Shown piece after piece: positions 1 to 8,127 of a stretch of DNA of 64,000 nucleotides (the stretch's first letter is position 1; every line of letters starts with the position of its first letter). The DNA is from Candidatus Obscuribacterales bacterium (GTDB lineage: Bacteria; Cyanobacteriota; Vampirovibrionia; Obscuribacterales; Obscuribacteraceae). The DNA is taken from contig JAKFVU010000080.1 of assembly GCA_021732025.1 (NCBI GenBank), forward strand, positions 162,656 to 226,655. Reading direction: 5' to 3'. A model generated the notes under the pieces. That model saw only the letters and a list, made by a program, of their open reading frames with translations. It was not told where the DNA came from and ran no database searches. Position numbers and translations under genes: made by a program.

Positions 1-178
1 ATACCCATTTACATCTTAAATCTTACAGGAGTCCTTTTCAGCCACCAAACCAGCGCTATGCCCTAGTTCAGTGCCTCGAAAAGTCTTCAACCAAGACCTT
101 GGGTGATCTCACTTTTATTAACCATGGCGACGCGTTTTAAAAGACACACGCAGTTGCCCGCTAACGTTTAGGAGCATC

Positions 179-1039
179 ATGAACAATAATCAAAACCCTC
201 TGGGCCTCCCAGAGATGGTCGATCACGTCAAAAAGATGCTGACCGACCCCGAAATTCTGCGACTGTACGACGAAGGTGACAAGCTTTCCAGCTCGCAGAC
301 CAAACACGACGTCGGCCACGCTTTCTCAGTTCTCAACACGGCTCGCTATCTCACCGATGAACTGACCAAGCGTTTTCCCGGTTGCCTCAGCGACGAAGCT
401 CGTCTGGTGGTCATCCCGGCCGGCGCCTTCTTGCACGATATCGGCCGCGCCATCAGCGTTGATGACCATGCCGAAGCTGGCAAGAAAGTGGCACAAGACT
501 ACCTCAGCGCCAAAGACTTCCCCACCAAGGTGGTCTCTCGCGTTGCTGCTGTGGTCGCCTGCCACCGCTCCGACAAATTCCTGGGCATCTCCATCGAAGC
601 GTTGAAGAAGTTCCCGGAATTGGCCATTGTCGTTATCGCTGACAAGTGTGTCGGCGACGAAGACCGTGTGCGCCCCAACCGTGCCTTTGCCCTGCGCGCC
701 CTGCGTATGGTCGGCCTCGCTCGTACCAACTTCTGGAACAACGCCGAGCACGACCGGGTCAACTTCGCCATCAAAGACGCCCAGCTTCTGGTCGACTCTG
801 ACGACGCCTGCACGCCAGAACACGCCGGAGCGATTGTGCTCAAGCTGGTTCTCGACGAGAAGGTGGCGCCGGCATCCGAGCTGCTCTCGCTCTACGGCAA
901 ACGCTTCCACTCTTGTGGTCGTGCCGCCAAGAGCCTCGGTTTCGTCTTCCGTATCGAGGTCAACTCGGTGCGTTTCATGTACGACGACGTCACCAACCAG
1001 TGGCGGCCGCTTGAGTGCTTCAGTGTGCAACTGCCCTAA
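179..1039 (+). CDS. HD-domain metal-dependent phosphohydrolase family protein
   Basis: 286-aa ORF. HD-superfamily residues are visible (HDVGHAF, AFLHDIGR, ACHRSD). AGGAG lies just upstream of the ATG. Codons in this frame are strongly C/G-ending, so antisense ORF 326..1117 is a shadow. Confidence 0.65.
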   Translation: MNNNQNPLGLPEMVDHVKKMLTDPEILRLYDEGDKLSSSQTKHDVGHAFSVLNTARYLTDELTKRFPGCLSDEARLVVIPAGAFLHDIGRAISVDDHAEAGKKVAQDYLSAKDFPTKVVSRVAAVVACHRSDKFLGISIEALKKFPELAIVVIADKCVGDEDRVRPNRAFALRALRMVGLARTNFWNNAEHDRVNFAIKDAQLLVDSDDACTPEHAGAIVLKLVLDEKVAPASELLSLYGKRFHSCGRAAKSLGFVFRIEVNSVRFMYDDVTNQWRPLECFSVQLP

Positions 1040-1076
1040 TAAGGCATAAGCGCTTGAGGTAAGCAGGAGAAGGAAA

Positions 1077-1106
1077 GTTTCTGGCTCAGGCCAGAGACTT
1101 TTTCTT
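1077..1106 (+). terminator. Rho-independent terminator candidate after the HD-domain gene
   Basis: Stem GTTTCTGGC/GCCAGAGAC with loop TCAG, followed by TTTTTCTTC. The hairpin can extend to about 20 bp (1066..1110). Confidence 0.55.
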
Positions 1107-1226
1107 CTCCTATTCACTACTAATGCATTTAGTAAGATAGTTGTAGCAATTTAGGGCAGTAAAGAGATAGCTAAAAGCTGCGGCCTAGTAGAATATATTT
1201 ATTGCCGAAGGAGCGACTCAAAAAGA

Positions 1227-1802
1227 GTGTCACTTGTAAACGACATCTGGAAAATCTATCGCGCCTCAGCCGAGTCGTGTGTTAAGGCTGGTCAATACAC
1301 CGATGCCGAGCGCCTTTGGCTAGCGGCCTTAGAAGTGGCAGAAGACTACGGTCCAGATAACGCGATGCTAACCACCTCTTTAGAGGGTTTAGCCGAAGTG
1401 TTTTGGTATCAAGGCAAACACGAATTCGCTGCTCCTATCTGTCGGCGCCTGCTGAGATTGTACGAACAAAAACTTGGGCATCATCATCCAGACGTCGGCA
1501 CCATGGCCTACAACTTGGCCTTGCTCTATCACTCGTGGGGCAAATACGTCGAAGCTGAGCCATTTTATAAACTGTCTATGTCAATCAAAACGCGCGTTCT
1601 CGGCGGTCGTCACCCTGAGGTTGTCAGTCTTCTAGGTAACTACGCCGACCTTCTACTGATGCTTGATCGGGTGGAAGAAGCCAGAGAACTCAAAGCACTT
1701 TCTGAAAAAGTCAAAGCTACCAGCTGGCGTAAAACCGGAAATTGGCAAGCCATGCCAGCTGCAGCAGAGTCAGAAACACTTTCCAACCCAAGTCCTACTT
1801 AA
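1227..1802 (+). CDS. TPR-repeat protein (kinesin-light-chain-like TPR)
   Basis: 191-aa ORF with a GTG start. Repeated helical-pair units, e.g. AYNLALLYHSWGKYVEAEPFYKLSMSI. Its TAA stop abuts the next ATG (TAAATG). Confidence 0.7.
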   Translation: MSLVNDIWKIYRASAESCVKAGQYTDAERLWLAALEVAEDYGPDNAMLTTSLEGLAEVFWYQGKHEFAAPICRRLLRLYEQKLGHHHPDVGTMAYNLALLYHSWGKYVEAEPFYKLSMSIKTRVLGGRHPEVVSLLGNYADLLLMLDRVEEARELKALSEKVKATSWRKTGNWQAMPAAAESETLSNPSPT

Positions 1803-3920
1803 ATGACTTTCGGATTAACGGGCTGGCTTAAGTCCCAGCATCGCAACATCGATTATGAAATACCGCTTTGGTATCCCAGCAAAGAGCACCCGGACAGCCG
1901 TGAATGGCTTAGTACAAACGGTCTGGGCGGATACTCTATGGGAACTGTTTCTGGCATGAACCGCAGGCGTTACCACGCCAGCCTAGTAGCCGCCCTCACT
2001 CCGCCGGTAGACAGAAAAGTTGTGCTGTCGCGCATTGAAGAATTGGTGACCATCAATGGCAAAGCTTATGACTTGGCCACCAATTCCTGGGCATCAGGGG
2101 TGGTATCACCGACCGGTTACAAAAAGCTTGAATGTTTCACAACCTTGCCGACACCAACTTGGGTCTATGAGCTTGACGGGCACTACCTAATCAAACGTCA
2201 GGCTCTAACTTACGGCAAAAATGAATTATTCTGCGGCTATACTTTTTTGCCCGAAAACGACAACGATACTCCTGAGGTCAAGCTCACAACCCGCTTTCTT
2301 GTTGGTTTTCGCGACTTTCATGCAGCAGTAAAAGGGTCGTCTGATGACCGCTTCCCTCAATTTGTATCGCCCAATCAAACCATGATCATTCTCAATGAAA
2401 GTGGCCACAGACTTTGCCTGACCTGGGCTAGTGGTCGCTATGAAACTGAAAAACAGTGGTGGTGGGATTACAACTGGCCAGATGAAACTGCCCGCGGTGA
2501 GCCCGATCGCGAAGATCTGTTTTTGGTTGGCACTGTCACTAGCACATTGACCAATGGTCAAGAATTTAGCGTCGGCGCCAGTTTTGAGCAAGTGATCCAA
2601 AACCCCAATTGTTTCAATGCCGTTGAACGACTGATTGAAAGGCAAAATAGACTGATCAATCGGGCCAGCTTGCCTCGCTCGCAAAAGACCGACATGTTGA
2701 TTCTGGCCTGCGATCAAATGATTGTTCCTGACGTTTTTGCCCCCGCAGCCAACACTGCCGGAAGTATCGGTGCCGATAGTGAAAGCGATCGCCTTTCGGT
2801 AATTGAAGGCTATCCCTGGTTTAATGATTCCGGTCGAGCGGCTTTACAGTCGCTTCCTGGCTTAGCTCTGACCACTCGTCGTTTCAGAGACAGCAAAGCA
2901 ATTCTAATGGCTTTTTCAGAGCGACGCCAAAATGGTCTAATTGCCAACCGCACACTCGACCCTGTCAAGAAAACTCGACTGGTTTTCGCCAGCGCAGACG
3001 TTAGCTTGTGGTATGCCTGGGCTCTTTATCACCACTATCGCATCACCAAAGACAAAGAACTTGTCACAGCTCTGATACCTGTTTTGCTTGATACCTTCAA
3101 TTGTTTTAGCGCCACTACTGGCGATATCAAAGTCGACGCTGACGGTCTGCTCAATACTGGTTCTGCCACCGAAGAGTATAGTTGGATGGACGCTAAGATT
3201 GGCGACTTACCAATCACACCAAGAGCCGGCAAAGCAGTCGAGCTAAACGCGCTCTGGTACAACTTCTTAGAAACCATTCTTTTTCTAGACAAAGAGGTCC
3301 AATTAGAGCTGCCAGAGCGTGAAAAGATCGCAGCCGCTTCCGAAAAAGCCAAACTTTCGATGACTAAATTTTGGAATGAAGACAAACAGTGTCTCTTTGA
3401 TGTTATTGAAGCTCGCACTCCGTCTGGACACAGTAATAAAGGGCATGATGATGCCATTCGCCCCAATCAGCTCTTAGCGGTCTCTCTGCCGTTTAGAGCC
3501 TTTACTAAACCGCAAGAACGGGCAATCCTGACGATCATAGAAACCGAGTTGCTCACGCCCACTGGTCTGCGTACATTGGCAGTTAACGACGCCCAGTATC
3601 AAGGAGTTTATGGCTGCGGTTTTCAGCACGCAGACCAGTACCATAGAGATCTTTCGTATCACCAAGGCACAGCTTGGACCTGGCTCATTGGCAGCTATTT
3701 CGAAGCCCTAACCAATGTCTTTGGCACCCAAGCCGAGAGTATTGGTCGTGTTAAAGTTTTGCTTCAACCGTTTCTTGCTCACCTCACCGAAGAAGCTTGT
3801 CTCGGCTCAATTTCTGAGATTTTCGACGGCAGCAGACCGCATCTGGCCAAAGGTTGCCCAGCGCACGCTGTTGCTATCGCCGAATGTATGCGCTGGCAGG
3901 CCTGGCAGCTTAAGCAATAG
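1803..3920 (+). CDS. glycogen debranching enzyme (amylo-alpha-1,6-glucosidase, bacterial/archaeal GDE type)
   Basis: 705 aa. N-terminal NGLGGYSMGTVSGMNRRRYHA and C-terminal YHQGTAWTWLIGSYFEA match the conserved motifs of this family as I recall them. Confidence 0.75.
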   Translation: MTFGLTGWLKSQHRNIDYEIPLWYPSKEHPDSREWLSTNGLGGYSMGTVSGMNRRRYHASLVAALTPPVDRKVVLSRIEELVTINGKAYDLATNSWASGVVSPTGYKKLECFTTLPTPTWVYELDGHYLIKRQALTYGKNELFCGYTFLPENDNDTPEVKLTTRFLVGFRDFHAAVKGSSDDRFPQFVSPNQTMIILNESGHRLCLTWASGRYETEKQWWWDYNWPDETARGEPDREDLFLVGTVTSTLTNGQEFSVGASFEQVIQNPNCFNAVERLIERQNRLINRASLPRSQKTDMLILACDQMIVPDVFAPAANTAGSIGADSESDRLSVIEGYPWFNDSGRAALQSLPGLALTTRRFRDSKAILMAFSERRQNGLIANRTLDPVKKTRLVFASADVSLWYAWALYHHYRITKDKELVTALIPVLLDTFNCFSATTGDIKVDADGLLNTGSATEEYSWMDAKIGDLPITPRAGKAVELNALWYNFLETILFLDKEVQLELPEREKIAAASEKAKLSMTKFWNEDKQCLFDVIEARTPSGHSNKGHDDAIRPNQLLAVSLPFRAFTKPQERAILTIIETELLTPTGLRTLAVNDAQYQGVYGCGFQHADQYHRDLSYHQGTAWTWLIGSYFEALTNVFGTQAESIGRVKVLLQPFLAHLTEEACLGSISEIFDGSRPHLAKGCPAHAVAIAECMRWQAWQLKQ

Positions 3921-3954
3921 GCATATTAAGAGACTGACAAATTAGTAGTGAAAA

Positions 3955-5715
3955 ATGAAGACCGGCGGGTATGAAAATATAGCCGTCCTTTCCTTACCAT
4001 TTTTCTGTTTTCTGGAGCGCATGTTCAAACCGAATTCGAATTCAGGACGAGGGCCTCAGGCAAGCACGCCTCAGACAGCCGCTCCCGGAAATAATAGTGC
4101 CCCCCAACGGCTGCCGCAATTATGGAATCCACCTACCTTTGAAGACATTGCCCAACTGCTCGGTCTGGCGCAAAAGCACAGCGGCAGAGCAGTTGAATTA
4201 CCCTTTTCTGTGCCTGGCAATGACACCCTTTATCAAATAAGAGTGGTTCAACCGGACAATAGTGATCCTGAATGGACATTTTTATCAGGAACATTATCTG
4301 GGCTCTCAACAGTTTGGAGCATTCCTTGCATCGACTTGCAGCTCGTTCATAGCTTGGTCGAATCAGAATCGACTGGGCGAGACTCGGTTGACCTCATTTC
4401 TTCTAATAGCTTTAACCGCTCTACTACCGGAAATATAGCCTTTCCCAGCGCTGAAGTTGTGGAACAGTCAACCAGCCAGACCATGAGTGGTGCCGCAAAT
4501 TTGATGCAATCAGTGGCTGCAAACAACAATCAAGAATCTACGGCCGCAAGAGAAGCGCCTGCGGTGCAAGTGCAGGGTCAGCAACAAGCATCTCTTGAAG
4601 GTGATCTAGAAAAGCTCAACTTACCCGCTGTTCTGCAATCGCTTTCACTGAGCAAAATGACAGGGCGTCTTGGCATTGCAAGTGTTTTTGGTGGTGCCGA
4701 CATCTTTTTAGTTGACGGCAATCCGGTTCACGCCACCACTGGTGAAACAAAAGGTGATCACGCCATAATTGAAACTCTGCTCTGGCCGAGCGGAAAATTC
4801 AAATTCTTTGAACAAGAAAAATGTGCTGATTACACACTAACTAAACGCTTAGAAACGCTGCTGATGGAAGGCTTTGCCTTACTTGATCAACACAACTATT
4901 TAAAGAATGCCGGTCTCAATATGGACACATATTTGAAGCAGGCTTATCGCAATTTATCAGAGATGCAATTCGAGCAGCTTGCCAGCCGGGGTGCACCGGT
5001 CAATATGACCATGCAAAAAGATTTCTATCTTGAAATTGACAGTCAAGTGACTCTCTACGAACTCTTACTGCGCATGCCACTAGCGAAGGCTGACTGGGTG
5101 CCTGTGGTTTACAACCTCGTTTCAGTTGGCTTAGTGCGCCTCTCAAACGAGGTGCAAAAAAAGGAAGTTGCTGAGCTTATCGACAAAGACTTAGATGAGC
5201 TGGCCATTGCTGCCGCCATCAAGCCACTGACACGATTAGAGACCGATGTCTTTACTTATCCTGTTTTTCAATATTTTCTCAAACAAGAAATAGCTCGCTA
5301 CAGTGTTGATGCCAAAGCATTTACTTTATTGGTATTCGACTTGCTCATCGACAAACCTAGTGGTCAAGAAAAAATGCCACTGACCGCCGCTAAAATTGCT
5401 CTCGAGAGAGTTAGAGGTGTAAAGCGGGAGGTCGACATACTTGGACATTTTGAAACTTTCGACTATGCCATTATTTTGCCTCAGACCGCAACTCGATCGG
5501 CTGCAATCGTGGCACAACGTATTTTAGAGAGAATAAACGGAGAAGCTATTTCAGCTCTTGGTGGAAGCAATGGACAAATAAACATTGCCTTTGGCTTAGC
5601 GGCCTTTCCCCAAGACGGCAAATCAGCAGGTGCCTTAATGGCAGCAGCAGCCGAAGCTAAGAAACACGCGCGTAAAACCAGTATCGCCATCGTGGAGTAC
5701 AAAGCCATGACTTAA
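3955..5715 (+). CDS. PATAN/DUF4388-domain protein with C-terminal degenerate GGDEF domain (RxxD I-site retained)
   Basis: DUF4388-like segment: GDLEKLNLPAVLQSLSLSKMTGRLGI...GNPVHATTGETKGDHAIIETLLWPSGKFKFFEQE. The C-terminal GGDEF fold (FTLLVFDL..., INIAFGLAAFPQDG, AAEAKKHARK) has ETFDY in place of GG(D/E)EF. REVD sits exactly 5 residues upstream of that position. The true start may be the ATG at 4021. Confidence 0.7.
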   Translation: MKTGGYENIAVLSLPFFCFLERMFKPNSNSGRGPQASTPQTAAPGNNSAPQRLPQLWNPPTFEDIAQLLGLAQKHSGRAVELPFSVPGNDTLYQIRVVQPDNSDPEWTFLSGTLSGLSTVWSIPCIDLQLVHSLVESESTGRDSVDLISSNSFNRSTTGNIAFPSAEVVEQSTSQTMSGAANLMQSVAANNNQESTAAREAPAVQVQGQQQASLEGDLEKLNLPAVLQSLSLSKMTGRLGIASVFGGADIFLVDGNPVHATTGETKGDHAIIETLLWPSGKFKFFEQEKCADYTLTKRLETLLMEGFALLDQHNYLKNAGLNMDTYLKQAYRNLSEMQFEQLASRGAPVNMTMQKDFYLEIDSQVTLYELLLRMPLAKADWVPVVYNLVSVGLVRLSNEVQKKEVAELIDKDLDELAIAAAIKPLTRLETDVFTYPVFQYFLKQEIARYSVDAKAFTLLVFDLLIDKPSGQEKMPLTAAKIALERVRGVKREVDILGHFETFDYAIILPQTATRSAAIVAQRILERINGEAISALGGSNGQINIAFGLAAFPQDGKSAGALMAAAAEAKKHARKTSIAIVEYKAMT

Positions 5716-5812
5716 AAACATATGGCCAACAGGCATGTAAAGTGATCTTTTGGCGTACTATTGCTGCCATTAGATATAATCCCCCTCCTCTCAGAGTGTA
5801 ATTTAGCCACAG

Positions 5813-6400
5813 ATGGCTCTAGTCAATTACGGCACCAAAGAAATAACATTCAAGCTCGTATATTACGGCACAGGTTTGGGCGGCAAAACCACCAATCTGA
5901 AAGTGATATACAGCCAGCTCTCGCCGCAAACGAGGGGTGAATTGGTTAGTCTCGCCACAGAGACAGAACGAACACTATTTTTTGACTTTATGCCACTGGA
6001 TCTCGGCTTGATCAATGGTTTCAAAGCTCGCATTTCAATGTACACAGTGCCTGGGCAAGAAGAATATAACAAGAGCCGCAAATTGATTTTGCGCGATGTC
6101 GATGGCATTGTCTTTGTTGCCGATTCAAGCATTGTGCGCTCGGAAGAAAACCAAGCTTCTTTGAAGAACATGATGGATAACTTGCAAGAGTACAAACTTA
6201 CACTGCAAGACATTCCTTGGGTTCTTCAATACAACAAGCGCGACATCAGCAATATGATGACCGTTGAGCGTATGGAAGCAGAACTGAACAAAATGGGCGT
6301 ACCTGCATTTGAAGCCGTTGCTTTAGAAGGTAAAGGAGTATTCGCTACTCTTAAGGCCATTACCAAAATGATGCTCAATCGCGCCAAAGGCGACGATTAG
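5813..6400 (+). CDS. mglA: MglA-family Ras-like small GTPase
   Basis: 195 aa, alignable along its whole length with Myxococcus MglA as I recall it. P-loop GTGLGGKTT, intrinsic Arg in TERTLFFDF, MglA-specific TVPGQ in place of DxxGQ, and NKRD (G4). Confidence 0.85.
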   Translation: MALVNYGTKEITFKLVYYGTGLGGKTTNLKVIYSQLSPQTRGELVSLATETERTLFFDFMPLDLGLINGFKARISMYTVPGQEEYNKSRKLILRDVDGIVFVADSSIVRSEENQASLKNMMDNLQEYKLTLQDIPWVLQYNKRDISNMMTVERMEAELNKMGVPAFEAVALEGKGVFATLKAITKMMLNRAKGDD

Positions 6401-6775
6401 CAAGCAGTGAAATCAACTGTAAAAAAGACGTGAAAGTTACAGCTCAAGCGACAAAGGCTTGAGAAATAAGCATTCAATAACGATGCAGATACGCTCAGCT
6501 TGCGCGATCTTGGCAACCGCGCCGGGCAGCGAGAGCTAGCACCTGTATGCCTTTGAAGATGCATTAAGGTCTGTAAGTTACATTCGTTAACACAATTGCG
6601 GCGAGATCGCCTTTAAGAAAGCAAATAGACTTAGGAGTCATTTTCTCTTTCCCAACCAATCAACTTCACGCTTCAAATACAGCAAGCATTACTGCCATTG
6701 CCAAAACAGCCAGCATCTCTCGCTGTCTCGATCTGACTGACTGTATATCTAGCAGTGATTTCTAGCGCTAGGGAG

Positions 6776-6802
6776 TTGACGAATGTGACGAATTTGACGA
6801 CG
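6776..6802. repeat. three tandem 9-bp direct repeats (TTGACGAAT GTGACGAAT TTGACGACG)
   Basis: Read directly from the sequence, about 50 nt upstream of the ATG at 6850. Immediately preceded by the palindrome CTAGCGCTAG (6762..6771). Confidence 0.9.
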
Positions 6803-6849
6803 GCTCTTAGAGCCTTCAGCCACTAGAAGAATATAACCATGAGGTCAAC

Positions 6850-7923
6850 ATGACCCGAACCACCATATGCGGTATCACCGCATTACTTTTCTGCACCATC
6901 ATCGCCCTTGTTTTGTACCTGCAACCTGGTTCTCACCAGCCTGATTTTGCTCCAGGAACCACAGTGCGAGTTTTCTTGCCCGTCGAAGGCAGCACAGAAA
7001 AAGTTCGCTACGAGCGCTACGCCAGCGATCGAGTGAGCCGCACAGTCACTGACATTGAGTACGTCGACGGCGGCAGCGAACAAATAACTTACTGGGGCGA
7101 CAACAATTTGCGGCGCACCTCGATCAAATACTTCAACAATCAGGTTAAGAGCAAAGCCACCTTTGACCACCAGACCGGTAAGTACTACACGAGCCATCAG
7201 GTCTACCGCCTAGACGGCACCCTGGAACGCGCCGGAGAGCTGCTTACCGACGGTCGCTATCAGACTAGCTATTATTGGAGCGACGGCAAAACCTTATCGC
7301 GCCAGCGCCTCTTCAATCCGAATCGAGTCTTTCTCTCCGAGAAGCTCTTTCGCGAAGACGGATCAATCTTAGCTGACGTGGTGCAGGCCCAATCTAATCA
7401 GAGAGAAATAGTGCTCTATTGGCCCAATGGCGCTCGCCAAGCCAACTACAGCACAAATCTGGTGAACGGCGCTCGCGGAGTTTTCTACGGCGAAGACGGA
7501 GTGACAATCGTCTGTGAGTTCTACCGCTCATATTGGCTCGCCGAAGAACTTTACCTCAACTCAGCAGGCAAGGTCTGGCAGCAGCGCCTCACTTACTCAG
7601 GCAACGGCTCTCAGACCATCAACCTCTATGCAGCTGACGGTTCACTGGCAGCGGTACAGATGTGGAAGTTGCGCCCAGCATCAAATGGCAAGCCCGCTTA
7701 CAAGCTCTTGTCGTCGATAGCGCTCTATCGCAACAGCGACAAACCCTATCGCATCATCACTGCCACCAACGGCAAGCTTGATGGTGTCAACGAGGCCGGC
7801 CAAGATGCAACAGGTCAGCAAATCGCAGACCCAGTCTTACTGGTTGAACCAGCTAGCAGCACCATTCCAGAACCAGGCTTGACTGAGCGTGGTGCACCTA
7901 AGCTTGTCTATGACTATGAGTAA
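6850..7923 (+). CDS. membrane-anchored repeat protein (possible MORN/YwqK-like beta-hairpin repeats)
   Basis: 357 aa. N-terminal hydrophobic helix (ICGITALLFCTIIALVLYL) followed by recurring Y/W-x-DG/NG units (YYWSDGKTL, LYWPNGARQ, FYGEDGVTI, LYAADGSLA). The family call is tentative. Confidence 0.5.
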   Translation: MTRTTICGITALLFCTIIALVLYLQPGSHQPDFAPGTTVRVFLPVEGSTEKVRYERYASDRVSRTVTDIEYVDGGSEQITYWGDNNLRRTSIKYFNNQVKSKATFDHQTGKYYTSHQVYRLDGTLERAGELLTDGRYQTSYYWSDGKTLSRQRLFNPNRVFLSEKLFREDGSILADVVQAQSNQREIVLYWPNGARQANYSTNLVNGARGVFYGEDGVTIVCEFYRSYWLAEELYLNSAGKVWQQRLTYSGNGSQTINLYAADGSLAAVQMWKLRPASNGKPAYKLLSSIALYRNSDKPYRIITATNGKLDGVNEAGQDATGQQIADPVLLVEPASSTIPEPGLTERGAPKLVYDYE

Positions 7924-7937
7924 ATAAATGAGCCTTG

Positions 7938-7967
7938 AGTCGGGTCCGCGTCAATGCGGATCCGACT
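7938..7967. terminator. hairpin between convergent genes (possible bidirectional terminator)
   Basis: 12-bp stem AGTCGGGTCCGC/GCGGATCCGACT (one G-U pair), loop GTCAAT. No clear U-tract. Confidence 0.4.
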
Positions 7968-8127
7968 TCACGGCCACTCAATTGAGCAGATATAAAAAAA
8001 GAGCGAGTATAACTATATCTTTTAGTATAAAGTCAAAAAAAGACAATGCGCAGGGTTGAGAAGCAAAACAATTCTATTGAATTGTTCGCCCCCAGCCCCT
8101 TGCACTGTCCCAAAAGCACTTAACTAA

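Noticed and set aside
326-1117. Antisense ORFs of 180-360 aa opposite other GC3-rich genes. This group also includes 10208..10894, 12007..12564, 12598..13449, 13486..13929, 40430..41395, 48336..48896 and 49626..50702.
   Set aside because: The argument is the same in each case. The opposite strand carries the recognisable protein (HD, HtpX, PPDK) or the frame with consistent codon bias. These ORFs are by-products of GC3-rich coding and have no start context.
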